Assembly: GCA_027013265.1 (NCBI GenBank)
Contig: JALUXQ010000192.1
Span: forward strand, 1-36,372
Source of the DNA: Campylobacteraceae bacterium
GTDB taxonomy: Bacteria > Campylobacterota > Campylobacteria > Campylobacterales > Sulfurospirillaceae
Reading direction: 5' to 3'
DNA: 36,372 nucleotides
Below the pieces are notes generated by a model. The model was not told where the DNA came from. It did not search any database and saw only the letters and a program-made list of their open reading frames with translations. Positions 10,032 to 19,950 of this stretch are shown here, piece after piece. Every line of letters begins with the position of its first letter. The first letter of the stretch is position 1. A program made the position numbers and the translations under genes.

Positions 10032-11780
10032 ATGAGTGACATAAACTTAGAACTTTTAATGTATATGGTTAACAACAGAATTTTAGATTCTGATACCGCT
10101 GATATTATAAAAGGAGAGTTTGAAAGCAAAAACAAGAGTGTATTTGAGATACTGCAAAACAGACATCTACTTGAAAAAGAAGATTTATCCATAATATTAA
10201 TAGAGTTTTACAAAAAAGGTCACCTGCAACTAGAAGATGTAAATAAATATTTTCCTATCGAAATAGAAGAATTTTTAAAAAATCTTGCTAAAAACTTAAA
10301 TGCAACGTACATAGATTTAGATGCTATAGATATTAATCATAAAATGATTTCAAAACTTCCATTTAATCAACTTAGAAAATTTCATGCACTTCCCGTTAAA
10401 GAGGATGAGATAAACATCTATGTTGCCTTCAAGGATCCAATCGACTTAAATGCACAGGAGGGAATCCAAAGGATTTTCCCTAGAAAACTTGTAAAGACTG
10501 TTATTAGCGAACCATCTCTTATTGAAAAATACTTAAATAAAATTGAACTAGGTGATAGCATAAAGGAACTTATATCTGAAATTAGAAAAGAGATAACATC
10601 AAGTGCAAGTGAAAATCCCCAAGAGTCATCAGGAATACTAAAACTTATAGAGGCCATATTAAAAACATCAATTTTAGCAAGAGCAAGCGATATTCATGTG
10701 GAAGCAACTGTAAATAACTGCGTGGTAAGAAGCAGAATTGATGGTATGCTTACTGAAACATTTATATTTGATAAAGACATATACCCTCCTCTTGCTTCAA
10801 GGCTAAAACTTCTATCAAATATGGATATAGCAGAAAAAAGAAAACCGCAAGATGGAAGATTTTCAGCTACAATTTTAGGAAAAGAGTATGACTTCAGAAT
10901 TTCAACACTTCCCATACTCAGCGGAGAGTCTATAGTCATGCGTATACTTGATAAATCAAAAGTGATGATTAAACTTGAAGGTCTTGGTATGCATAAGGAT
11001 AATTTTGAAAAATTTAACTCCTCTATGCGTGCACCTTATGGTATAATTTTTGTAACAGGCCCAACAGGAAGTGGAAAAACAACGACTCTGTATGCTGCAC
11101 TAAATGCTATAAAAAGCGTTCAAACAAAAATAATAACCGTGGAAGATCCAGTAGAGTATCAGCTAAATCTTATACAGCAAGTTCAAGTAAATGAAAAAGC
11201 AAAACTTTCGTTTGCAGCCGCACTTCGCTCAATTCTAAGGCAAGATCCTGACATTATAATGATTGGTGAGGTAAGAGACCAAGAGACACTCAGAATTGCA
11301 GTTCAAGCTGCACTTACTGGACACTTAGTGTTTTCAACTTTACATACAAATGATGCTATAAGTGCTGTTACAAGAGTAATGGATATGGGAATAGAGCCTT
11401 ATTTACTGAGCGGATCACTAGTTGCAATAGAGGCACAAAGGCTTGTAAGAAAGCTGTGCCCGCACTGTAAAACTAAAATTGCCTTGCCTGAAACAGCTCG
11501 CAGGGATGTTGATGAAATATTACCACAAAATTATCAATTTTATAAAAATAATGGTTGTGAAAAATGTTCCCAAACAGGTTTTATCGGAAGAGAAATGCTC
11601 TCTGAAATCCTAGTTATAAGTGAAAAAATCTCCAGTATGATTGCCCAGGGTAAGAGTAAAGAGGATATTAAGCAACAGGCTCTTAGAGAGGGCTTCATCG
11701 ACATGTATAAAGATGGAGTTTTAAGAGCTGCAAATGGTATTACAACACTAGATGAAGTAGCAAGGGTGGCAAAAGGATGA
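10032..11780 (+). CDS. ctsE: GspE/PilB/MshE family assembly ATPase (CtsE-like)
   Basis: RASDIH, PQDGRF, GPTGSGKTTT, TVEDPVE, LRQDPDIIMIGEVRD, TGHLVFSTLHTN, and the tetracysteine CPHC...GCEKC. Confidence 0.93.
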   Translation: MSDINLELLMYMVNNRILDSDTADIIKGEFESKNKSVFEILQNRHLLEKEDLSIILIEFYKKGHLQLEDVNKYFPIEIEEFLKNLAKNLNATYIDLDAIDINHKMISKLPFNQLRKFHALPVKEDEINIYVAFKDPIDLNAQEGIQRIFPRKLVKTVISEPSLIEKYLNKIELGDSIKELISEIRKEITSSASENPQESSGILKLIEAILKTSILARASDIHVEATVNNCVVRSRIDGMLTETFIFDKDIYPPLASRLKLLSNMDIAEKRKPQDGRFSATILGKEYDFRISTLPILSGESIVMRILDKSKVMIKLEGLGMHKDNFEKFNSSMRAPYGIIFVTGPTGSGKTTTLYAALNAIKSVQTKIITVEDPVEYQLNLIQQVQVNEKAKLSFAAALRSILRQDPDIIMIGEVRDQETLRIAVQAALTGHLVFSTLHTNDAISAVTRVMDMGIEPYLLSGSLVAIEAQRLVRKLCPHCKTKIALPETARRDVDEILPQNYQFYKNNGCEKCSQTGFIGREMLSEILVISEKISSMIAQGKSKEDIKQQALREGFIDMYKDGVLRAANGITTLDEVARVAKG

Positions 11781-13018
11781 ATTATTTTGAAGTTACATCT
11801 CTATTTAAAGGCAAAAAAGAGACTAGAGTTTTAAAAGCACCGAGCAAAAAAGATGCTATATCTCTGGCAAAAATGAAAGTACCAGGAATACTTCTAAACA
11901 TCAAAGTTACTTCTGCACCAGTTGAAGATCAATTCTACGAATTTAAAGAAAAATTTTTAAAAACTATTATAAAAAAGAAGATAGGTATAAAAGCACTAAT
12001 AGCTGCTATTAGGCAATTAGCTGTCATGACAAATGCTGGTATTTCTATACATGATAGTATAAAAGAGGTGGCAAACTCAAGTGTTGACAAAGAGCTGAAA
12101 AAAATATTTGACAATATAAATGATGATTTAAACTCTGGTCTTAGTCTAACTCAAGCTATGATGCCTTTTAGAAAAGAGGTCGGTGATGTGACGCTGGCAT
12201 TGATAGAACTTGGAGAGAGTACTGGTAATATGGCAGAGTCTCTTGAAAAATTAGCTGAAATATTAGAAGAGATGGAAGAGAATCGACAAAAATTTAAAAA
12301 AGCTATGAGATACCCAATAACAGTTATGGTTGCTATAGCTATTGCTTTCACTATTTTAATGGTTTATGTTGTGCCAAAATTTAAAGATATTTTCTCGAAA
12401 TTTAAAACAGAGCTTCCCCTACCAACTAAAATATTACTCTTTATGGAAAATATAATCAACAACTATGGACTTTATCTTTTAGCTGCTATTATTGCAGCTA
12501 TAGTAATTATTAAATATCTACTGGTAAATAGCGAAGAGTTTAAAAGTAAATTTGACAGATATATCCTAAAAGTTTACTTGCTTGGTAAAATAGCATTTTA
12601 TGCTACTATGTCGAGATTTACTCTTGTATTTACTGAACTTATTCGTTCAGGTATTCCCATAGCTGATGCCTTGGAAACTGCTCTTTTAACACTTGATAAT
12701 ATATACTTAAAAGAGAAGCTTAGCACAGTAAATATCTCTGTGCAAAGAGGAGTATCACTAACAGAAGCTTTTTCTGATACTGGACTTTTTGAAGGCATGC
12801 TAATACAGATGATAAAAGCTGGAGAGCAGAGTGGAACACTTGATAAGATGTTAGACAAAGTTACGCAGTATTTTAAATCAAGATTTAATGAAATCATAGA
12901 TAATATATCAAGTTATATAGAGCCTATTTTATTAGGCTTCATAGCTGCCATGGTTCTTTTAATGGCGCTTGGTATATTTATGCCTATGTGGGATCTAGCA
13001 AAAGCTGTCAAAAATTAG
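11777..13018 (+). CDS. ctsF: GspF/PilC/MshG family platform protein (CtsF-like)
   Basis: RQLAVMTNAGI, GESTGN, AMRYP, GEQSGTLD, IEP; three TM segments. Confidence 0.93.
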   Translation: MNYFEVTSLFKGKKETRVLKAPSKKDAISLAKMKVPGILLNIKVTSAPVEDQFYEFKEKFLKTIIKKKIGIKALIAAIRQLAVMTNAGISIHDSIKEVANSSVDKELKKIFDNINDDLNSGLSLTQAMMPFRKEVGDVTLALIELGESTGNMAESLEKLAEILEEMEENRQKFKKAMRYPITVMVAIAIAFTILMVYVVPKFKDIFSKFKTELPLPTKILLFMENIINNYGLYLLAAIIAAIVIIKYLLVNSEEFKSKFDRYILKVYLLGKIAFYATMSRFTLVFTELIRSGIPIADALETALLTLDNIYLKEKLSTVNISVQRGVSLTEAFSDTGLFEGMLIQMIKAGEQSGTLDKMLDKVTQYFKSRFNEIIDNISSYIEPILLGFIAAMVLLMALGIFMPMWDLAKAVKN

Positions 13019-13027
13019 ATATCCAAA

Positions 13028-13738
13028 TTAAAACGGCCAAATAGTCTCTATAAATTTTGTACCCCAAGGTTTTTTCATGTTTTGGTCTATATCGCCCTCT
13101 GTTTTATATAGTATTTTTGCATCTGCTATATATTTTGAGTCTATTGTATTAGTTTGGGTTATATCGTATGGTCTTATTACGCCACTTATCTCTATAATCT
13201 GCTTCTCACCATTTAGCAAGAGCTCCCTGCTACCAGCTATGAAATAGTTTCCATTATTTAGTATTTTTATAATTCTAGCTGAAATTGTAGTGGTAAATTT
13301 TTCATCTCTACTATTTGACCCTGTCCCAGAAAAAGAGTTTGTTGAACCAGTTTGAAAACCTATATTTGCAACGCCATTTATTGTGTCTGTTACTTTTTTT
13401 AAGGTTTTATTCGTTCCATTATTTGTGACTAATCCACCACCTAGAGAATCTTTACTATCTTTTGAGAGAGATTTCTTTGCGCTTGAACTTTGTGTTATAT
13501 TTTCACTAATAGTAACAGTTACTATATCATTAATATTCATAGCTTTCAAATCAGAAAATAGAGGATTGTCCCCTTGACCAAATAGGCTACCTGGATTTGA
13601 TCTTGGTGTATCGTTAACCTTTGGAGGAAGCTGGTCAACATACTTCGGTGGCTTCATTGTGATTTTTGCATCAGCAGGATGGGTTGAGCATCCAACAAAC
13701 AAAATAGATGTAGCAAGTAGTGCTAATACTGTTTTCAT
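13028..13738 (-). CDS. flgH: Flagellar L-ring lipoprotein FlgH
   Basis: Lipobox LFVG-C, PGSLF, DIVTVTISE, GVIRPYDI..NTIDS..IADAKI, C-terminal WPF. ATG 13738 follows GAGG. Confidence 0.96.
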   Translation of the reverse strand: MKTVLALLATSILFVGCSTHPADAKITMKPPKYVDQLPPKVNDTPRSNPGSLFGQGDNPLFSDLKAMNINDIVTVTISENITQSSSAKKSLSKDSKDSLGGGLVTNNGTNKTLKKVTDTINGVANIGFQTGSTNSFSGTGSNSRDEKFTTTISARIIKILNNGNYFIAGSRELLLNGEKQIIEISGVIRPYDITQTNTIDSKYIADAKILYKTEGDIDQNMKKPWGTKFIETIWPF

Positions 13739-13769
13739 TGTCACCTCATTGTTAGAATTTTGAAAATAA

Positions 13770-13786
13770 AAGCAATTAAAGTTCCA
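13770..13786 (-). promoter_or_regulatory. Sigma54 (RpoN) -24/-12 promoter of flgH
   Basis: Minus strand TGGAACTTTAATTGCTT: GG-N10-GC with the TGGAAC variant typical of Campylobacterota flagellar promoters. Confidence 0.85.
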
Positions 13787-13797
13787 TTTTTACTCTA

Positions 13798-14088
13798 CTA
13801 TGCACTTATCTCTAAAAAATCATTCTTTTCTTTATTGTACACATACACTTCCATAGGATTATCACCTATTTGAAACATTATCTTGCAACTATCAAAATAT
13901 GTTTTCCCTAAGGCCTTGGAGACTACTTCTAAAATATATGCTCTGGTATTAAAAAGATGAGTATGTGCCTCCCCATTATACGCAAAGGGTTCACCTTTAA
14001 TCGGAACAAAACCCTCTTTTTTTAGGTGCTTATTAAAAATTTCTTTGTCTTTTAGTTTAGTAACATCAACAACTAAAACTACATTCAA
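13798..14088 (-). CDS. Hypothetical protein (96 aa)
   Basis: Fills the gap between dsbD and flgH, start overlaps the dsbD stop (TTGA), normal composition. Confidence 0.8.
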   Translation of the reverse strand: MNVVLVVDVTKLKDKEIFNKHLKKEGFVPIKGEPFAYNGEAHTHLFNTRAYILEVVSKALGKTYFDSCKIMFQIGDNPMEVYVYNKEKNDFLEISA

Positions 14089-15893
14089 TCTAGCACCTTG
14101 TCCAATATCTTTTCAAACTCTTTTGCATCTTTATAGCCTATTGTTTTTGATGATTTTATCTCTTTTTTGTTTCTAAAGAATATGATAGCAGGAGGACCGA
14201 AAACATTAAATCTTTTCAAAAGTTTTTTATCCTCTAGATCATTTTTTGTCACATCCAATCGGATTAAATCAAATTTATCCATCCTTTTTATAACATCTGG
14301 ATTTGAAAATGTATTTGCGTCAAGCTCTTTACAACTTATACACCAATCAGCATAAAAATCTATCATGATTGGTCTATTTGAGTTTGCAATAATCTTATTT
14401 AAATCCTCTAAAGTTTTTACTGTTCTAAAAGTAGAGTGTTTTATTACTACACCACTACTACTTTGTGCTTGAGTTACAAATGAAGTTTTTTGCTCAAGTG
14501 GATTTAGTGGATTTGTAGCGCCCCTTAAAGCACCAACAAATATAAATATTGAGTATATCAGAGTTATAATTGCCAAACCCTTCAAAAGTTTATACCAACC
14601 AGATACATTCTCTTTTAAGGGCTCCAAAGCCCCCATATATATAGAGCTTATCAAGAGTAGTGCCATCCATAAAAGCATTGATATTTGAGCATTAACTATG
14701 CGAGATATCATATAGATTGCAACAGCCAACATCAAAACACCAAAAATGGCTTTTATATTATCCATCCAAGCACCAGGGCGAGGCATAAATTTGCCAGCTC
14801 CTGCACCAATCAACAATAGTGGGACACCCATACCTAAACTCATAACAAATAGTGCTGAGCCACCAAGCAATACATCTCCACTATGTCCAATATAGATAAG
14901 TGCTCCAGCCAATGGGGCTGCTACGCAAGGTCCAACGATCAAGGCGGATAAAAATCCCATGATAGCGACTCCAACAACACCACTATTTTCTCTTTTTTCT
15001 GTATTTTTAGAGAGTTTTGATTGTATAAAACTTGGCATCTGTATCTCATAAAATCCGAACATAGATAGTGATAAAAATACAAAAATCAAACTAAAAGTGG
15101 CTATTATCCAAGGCTCTTGTAGTGCTGTTTGGATGTTGGAGCCAAAAAGTGCTGCCAAAACACCTGCTATCGTATATGCTAATGACATTGCTAGCACATA
15201 AACAGAAGATAAGAAAAAGGCTTTTTTTGTATTCATATTTTTACCAGATTGGGAAATTATTATAGATGAAAGTATTGGAATCATAGGGAAAACACATGGT
15301 GTCAAAGCGAGTAAAAGACCAAATCCAAAAAATGTTAGCAACACCATATAAAAGCTACCGTTTTTAATACTATTAGCGATAGTATCCTCTTGCGAAAGAT
15401 TAGCTTGTGTTGCTTTCATAGTTGAAGCAACTTTGGCTTGAAAAGTATCACTTTTTAATGTAAAGTCATATGTATTACTCATAGGAGCATAACAAAGTCC
15501 CAATTCTGAACACCCTTGGTAAGAAACTTTTATTTTATATTTACCGCTTTTTACATATTTTTTAATAACTTTGGCTGGGATATTAATATCTATATCTTTT
15601 CTGTGAACTATAAACTCATGGTATTTTACTGGTTTTGGACGAGTTGACTCTTTATCTAGTAGCACTTTTTTTGGAGTTAGCAATTCAACATGTAGCTTAT
15701 CGTCATACTCATACATCTTATCACCGAGCTTTATCTTGATATCTACTCCATTTTCTGTCTGCTTTGCACTCACTTGAAATGCTTCTTGAGGAGAAAGAAC
15801 TTTATGTTTATTTAAGACACCATACGAAGATGTAGTTGCAAAAACCACCAATGCAACTAATTTAAGAGACTTTTTAAGCCAATCATTTAGCAT
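14085..15893 (-). CDS. dsbD: Thiol:disulfide interchange protein DsbD
   Basis: nDsbD QGCSELGLCY, TM domain LTPCVFPMIP and GPCVAAP, thioredoxin domain ADWCISC. ATG 15893 follows AAGG. Confidence 0.95.
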   Translation of the reverse strand: MLNDWLKKSLKLVALVVFATTSSYGVLNKHKVLSPQEAFQVSAKQTENGVDIKIKLGDKMYEYDDKLHVELLTPKKVLLDKESTRPKPVKYHEFIVHRKDIDINIPAKVIKKYVKSGKYKIKVSYQGCSELGLCYAPMSNTYDFTLKSDTFQAKVASTMKATQANLSQEDTIANSIKNGSFYMVLLTFFGFGLLLALTPCVFPMIPILSSIIISQSGKNMNTKKAFFLSSVYVLAMSLAYTIAGVLAALFGSNIQTALQEPWIIATFSLIFVFLSLSMFGFYEIQMPSFIQSKLSKNTEKRENSGVVGVAIMGFLSALIVGPCVAAPLAGALIYIGHSGDVLLGGSALFVMSLGMGVPLLLIGAGAGKFMPRPGAWMDNIKAIFGVLMLAVAIYMISRIVNAQISMLLWMALLLISSIYMGALEPLKENVSGWYKLLKGLAIITLIYSIFIFVGALRGATNPLNPLEQKTSFVTQAQSSSGVVIKHSTFRTVKTLEDLNKIIANSNRPIMIDFYADWCISCKELDANTFSNPDVIKRMDKFDLIRLDVTKNDLEDKKLLKRFNVFGPPAIIFFRNKKEIKSSKTIGYKDAKEFEKILDKVLD

Positions 15894-15971
15894 ATTACAC
15901 CTTTTTGATAAAATTTTGCTCTTATTTATTATGTAAGCTACAAATTCTATCAAAAATAAGTAAATATATTT

Positions 15972-16004
15972 AAAATAAGCAGGGATAGAGTTTATCCCTG
16001 CTTA
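15972..16004 (-). terminator. Rho-independent terminator of dnaK
   Basis: Perfect 12-bp stem TAAGCAGGGATA/TATCCCTGCTTA with a 5-nt loop, followed by a T run on the minus strand, 4 nt after the dnaK stop. Confidence 0.85.
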
Positions 16005-16008
16005 ATGA

Positions 16009-17886
16009 TTATTCAACCTCTGCATCTATAACATCGTCGTCAGGCTTCTCTTCTTTTTTAGCCTGACTATCAGTTGCTTCATCTTTTTTGTACATAGCTT
16101 CTGCTAACTTATGGCTAACTTCTGTCAAAGCTTTCACTTTTTCATCTATTTGCTCTTTAGTAGCTGAATCATTTGCTAAAACATCTTTTAGCTCTTTTAG
16201 GGCATCTTCGATTTTAGCTTTTTCGCTTGCATCTACCTTATCACCTATCTCTTCAAGTGATTTTTCTGTTTGGTGAGCAAGGGCATCAGCTTGATTTCTT
16301 GCTTCAACTGCCTGCTTTCTCTTCTCATCATCTTCTTTATGAAGCTCTGCATCTTTTACCATTTTTTCTATCTCTTTTTCATCAAGCCCACTACTACCAG
16401 TGATTTTAATCTCTTGTTGTTTACCAGTTGCTTTATCTGTAGCACTTACAGTTAAAATTCCATTTGCATCTATATCAAATGCAACTTCGATTTGAGGAAC
16501 ACCTCTTGGTGCTGGCGAGATATTTTCAAGATTAAACTGACCAAGTGATTTATTATCTTTTGCAAACTCTCTCTCACCCTGGAGTGCATGTATAGTAACC
16601 GCAGCTTGATTATCTTCTGCTGTCGAAAATATTTGAGTTTTCTTAACAGGTATGGTTGTTCCCTTGTCTATAAGTCTTGTCATAACGCCACCTAAAGTCT
16701 CAATTCCCAAGCTAAGCGGTGTAACATCAAGAAGAAGCACATCCTTAACATCACCTTTTATAACAGCGCCTTGTATAGCCGCACCAATCGCTACAACCTC
16801 ATCAGGATTTACTGACTTATTTAAATCTTTGTTAAAAAATGCTTTTACTCTCTCCTGAACAAGTGGAACTCTTGTGCTTCCACCAACCATAACTACCTCT
16901 TTTATCTCACTCTTATCTAATTCGGAATCTTTTACAACTGTTTTTATTTTATCGATTGTTTTTTCAACCAAATCTTCAATCATTGACTCAAATTTTGCTC
17001 TAGTTACTTTTTTCACCAAGTGTTTTGGTCCTGTTGCATCTGCTGTTATAAACGGAAGGTTGACTTCAGTTTCTGTTGAACTAGATAACTCTTTTTTTGC
17101 ATTTTCAGCAGCCTCTTTTAGTCTTTGAAGAGCCATAACATCATTTTTAAGGTCAATTCCATTCTCATTTTTAAATTCACTAGCAAGATAGTCTATCAAT
17201 CTATTATCAAAATCATCTCCACCTAAAAATGCATCTCCACCAGTTGAGAGAACTTCTACTACACTATCACCTGTCTCTAAAACAGTAACATCGAATGTAC
17301 CACCACCTAAATCATAAACTACGATTTTTTCAGCATCTTTTTTCTCTAGTCCATAAGATAGCGCTGCACTTGTTGGCTCATTTATAATTCTTAGAACATT
17401 AAGTCCTGCGATAGTTCCAGCCTCTTTAGTAGCTTTTCTTTGTGAATCATTAAAATAAGCTGGCACTGTGATAACAGCATCGGTCACATCTTCACCAAAA
17501 AACGCCTCAGCATCCTCTTTTAGCTTCATCAAAACTTTTGCACTTATCTCTTGAGGAGTATATACTTTACCATCAATCTCTATGGCACATGCACCATTTC
17601 TATCTACTATCTCATAGGGAAGTCTCTCTTTTGCTTGTTTAGACTTCTCCTCCTCACACATCAAACCCATAATTCTTTTGATAGAATATATGGTTCTCTT
17701 TGGATTTGTTACAGCTTGTCTTTTTGCTGTCTCTCCAACTAAAATCTCACCTTTATCTGTATAAGCCACTATCGAAGGAGTTGTATTTCTCCCCTCTTTA
17801 TTTGGGATAACTTTACTATCCCCATGCTCATAAACAGCCACACATGAATTTGTTGTTCCTAAATCAATTCCGATTACTTTTCCCAT
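16009..17886 (-). CDS. dnaK: Chaperone DnaK
   Basis: [42 protein letters not shown]. Confidence 0.99.
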   Translation of the reverse strand: MGKVIGIDLGTTNSCVAVYEHGDSKVIPNKEGRNTTPSIVAYTDKGEILVGETAKRQAVTNPKRTIYSIKRIMGLMCEEEKSKQAKERLPYEIVDRNGACAIEIDGKVYTPQEISAKVLMKLKEDAEAFFGEDVTDAVITVPAYFNDSQRKATKEAGTIAGLNVLRIINEPTSAALSYGLEKKDAEKIVVYDLGGGTFDVTVLETGDSVVEVLSTGGDAFLGGDDFDNRLIDYLASEFKNENGIDLKNDVMALQRLKEAAENAKKELSSSTETEVNLPFITADATGPKHLVKKVTRAKFESMIEDLVEKTIDKIKTVVKDSELDKSEIKEVVMVGGSTRVPLVQERVKAFFNKDLNKSVNPDEVVAIGAAIQGAVIKGDVKDVLLLDVTPLSLGIETLGGVMTRLIDKGTTIPVKKTQIFSTAEDNQAAVTIHALQGEREFAKDNKSLGQFNLENISPAPRGVPQIEVAFDIDANGILTVSATDKATGKQQEIKITGSSGLDEKEIEKMVKDAELHKEDDEKRKQAVEARNQADALAHQTEKSLEEIGDKVDASEKAKIEDALKELKDVLANDSATKEQIDEKVKALTEVSHKLAEAMYKKDEATDSQAKKEEKPDDDVIDAEVE

Positions 17887-17921
17887 ATCTTATCCTTTAT
17901 ATTTTTATTTTTAATTATTTT

Positions 17922-18482
17922 TTATTTAACTATACTAACCATAGCAGGTCTAAGCACTCTATCTTTTATCTTGTAGCCTTTTTGGAAAACTTGCAAGATA
18001 TCTCCTGAAGGTTTCTCTTCATTTTCTACTTGCATAACTGCTTCGTGAAAATTTGGATCAAAAACTCCTTCTATATCCACTAACTCTATCCCATGTTTTT
18101 CAAAAGTTTTTCTAAATTGCTCTATTGTTAGATCAACTCCCTCCTTTGTCTTCTCCAAAACCTGTTTTATTGTTGTATTTTCATCTATCTCATTGGTATT
18201 GGATGCCATCTCTAAAGCATCAATGATTGGCAAAAGATCACGGGCAAATTGCTCATGAGCATAACTTATCGCCATAAGCTTCTCTTTCTCCATTCTCTTT
18301 TTTATATTTTCAAAGTCAGCCTTGTTTCTTAGATACTTATCTTCCAAATCTTGAAGTTGTGCTTTTAATTCATCAACTTCACTGATTTCAGAGGCTACTT
18401 CCTCTTCGCAAGACTCAGACTCCTCTACAAACTCTTCGTCTTTTGGTATATTCGTCTCTTTTTCTTTATGTTTTTTACTCAT
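17922..18482 (-). CDS. grpE: Nucleotide exchange factor GrpE
   Basis: ADFENIKKR, LLPIIDALE, FDPNFHEA, QKGY....RVLRPAMV. Confidence 0.98.
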   Translation of the reverse strand: MSKKHKEKETNIPKDEEFVEESESCEEEVASEISEVDELKAQLQDLEDKYLRNKADFENIKKRMEKEKLMAISYAHEQFARDLLPIIDALEMASNTNEIDENTTIKQVLEKTKEGVDLTIEQFRKTFEKHGIELVDIEGVFDPNFHEAVMQVENEEKPSGDILQVFQKGYKIKDRVLRPAMVSIVK

Positions 18483-18484
18483 TT

Positions 18485-19279
18485 TTACTCCTTGGCTTGA
18501 TTAAAAAAACTCTCAAAGTCTCTATCTAACTTACCTAAACAAAACATCTCTAATGAATCATCATCCATGGTTGCGTGTTGTTTAACCGCTATACATCCAC
18601 TTGGCACAAAATCATCAAAATATACACCCATATCTAATGTATCTAAAAACTGGGGCTCTACCACTTTTTGTATAAAACCATCATTTTCTATCTCTTTTGC
18701 TATCTCATAAAGCTCACTCTTACCCTCTTTTAAAAGAGCTGTTTGCATAAAAATATTTTCTAATTTATTATATAGCCCATACAACCCTACTGAAGCAGAG
18801 ATCCTTTTTAAATCTTTCATGCTGCTCCCGATTAAATTTTCTAAAAAATCTTCAACTTTCGGATGGTATTTAAGGACAACCTCTTCGTCATCAAAAACTA
18901 AAATCAAAAATCTATCACCAACTTTCATCAACTCTTTAAAAGTTGGGTTTTTACTCTTTTTTAAAATACAATAAATTCCATAATCTCGTATAGAATCCTG
19001 AACTTTTTTTATATCTTCTATGGCTATTGGGTTTTGAGGCTCTAGCCTACTCAACCAATATTCCATCAGGGCTTTTTGTGTTGGTACTCTGCCGCTACTC
19101 ACATGTAACTGAATCAAAGCACCTTCTAATGAGAGTTGCTTAAAATAGATCCTGATAGTTGATGGAGAGATATCTAGCATCATTTTTGCCTGAAGCTCAC
19201 TGGAGCCAATCGGCTCTTTTGACTTCAAATACTCTTTAATAATGGATTCTAAAATTATCTCTCTTTTGGATAAACTCAC
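18485..19279 (-). CDS. hrcA: Heat-inducible transcription repressor HrcA (short Campylobacterota type)
   Basis: IL..II.EY....EPIGS, SPSTIR, HVSSGRVPT; first gene of the grpE-dnaK operon. Confidence 0.93.
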   Translation of the reverse strand: MSLSKREIILESIIKEYLKSKEPIGSSELQAKMMLDISPSTIRIYFKQLSLEGALIQLHVSSGRVPTQKALMEYWLSRLEPQNPIAIEDIKKVQDSIRDYGIYCILKKSKNPTFKELMKVGDRFLILVFDDEEVVLKYHPKVEDFLENLIGSSMKDLKRISASVGLYGLYNKLENIFMQTALLKEGKSELYEIAKEIENDGFIQKVVEPQFLDTLDMGVYFDDFVPSGCIAVKQHATMDDDSLEMFCLGKLDRDFESFFNQAKE

Positions 19280-19303
19280 CTCTGCTCCTCTAGCAAATCA
19301 CCA

Positions 19304-19330
19304 TTAGCACTCTATCCTTTTAATTGCTGA
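19304..19330. promoter_or_regulatory. CIRCE-like HrcA operator
   Basis: TTAGCACTC-N9-AATTGCTGA versus consensus TTAGCACTC-N9-GAGTGCTAA (9/9 and 6/9). Confidence 0.85.
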
Positions 19331-19334
19331 TGTA

Positions 19335-19364
19335 ATTATACAACATTGAGTGTAGTTTTGTCAA
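19335..19364 (-). promoter_or_regulatory. Sigma70 promoter of hrcA-grpE-dnaK
   Basis: Minus strand TTGACA-N18-TATAAT. Confidence 0.8.
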
Positions 19365-19393
19365 GTAATATTATTGAGTCTATATAGCTAAAG
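19345..19393. promoter_or_regulatory. Two tandem HAIR-like (HspR) operators
   Basis: ATTGAGT-N7-TGTCAAG (19345-19365) and ATTGAGT-N7-GCTAAAG (19373-19393) versus HAIR consensus CTTGAGT-N7-ACTCAAG. Confidence 0.7.
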
Positions 19394-19642
19394 TTTATTT
19401 AGTATATAAATATCATCAATTTATCCCTAAAAAAGGTAATAAAATTTAAATGTAGTTAAATATTGTATTTCTGTTTTATCGAAAATTTTATTTATGGTAG
19501 TAGTTCGAGGTTATATTTTAAGCATAAAATTTCAAAAAAATCTCTCTAATTAAAGATAAAAACCTTCGATAGAAACTCTTTTTTACATGTAAAGATATAA
19601 AAAGTTCATTGAGTGCTTGTTTTTCTGTTTTGGTTAAAGTGC

Positions 19643-19891
19643 TCATACATTTTCCCTTAATCCATCTCTTATACGCTTTGTTACTCTCAAAATATCTTCG
19701 TCTTCTAGTTCACTTAACATTTTAAAAATGACAGTTGCCGCTTGAGGTTGTGAATTTCCAAGCTTCCAATCCTGATATGTTCTCATGGATACCCCCAACC
19801 TCTCAGCCATCTCTCTTTGACTTATCTTTTTTCCAAGAAATTTTGACTCTACAGCATTATGTAAAAGATTAAAGATATCGTTAGTTTTCAT
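19643..19891 (-). CDS. Small XRE-family helix-turn-helix regulator
   Basis: ISQREMAERLGVSMRTYQDWKLGNSQP is a classic XRE HTH. Start at MKTND (19891) is preferred over 19948, but is uncertain. Confidence 0.88.
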   Translation of the reverse strand: MKTNDIFNLLHNAVESKFLGKKISQREMAERLGVSMRTYQDWKLGNSQPQAATVIFKMLSELEDEDILRVTKRIRDGLRENV

Positions 19892-19950
19892 AGTTTTAAT
19901 TGTAACTAAGATAAAATTAATTATACATAAAAACTGGTAATATACCATAT

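Noticed and set aside
19394-19642. 250-bp AT-rich gap as a possible oriC or sRNA, including the palindrome TTTACATGTAAA (19582-19593)
   Set aside because: No DnaA-box cluster, no dnaA nearby and no stable GC stem or terminator; the palindrome is plausible by chance at this AT content.
19643-19891. XRE gene as a prophage repressor or antitoxin
   Set aside because: No adjacent toxin, integrase or phage genes; flanked by core genes.
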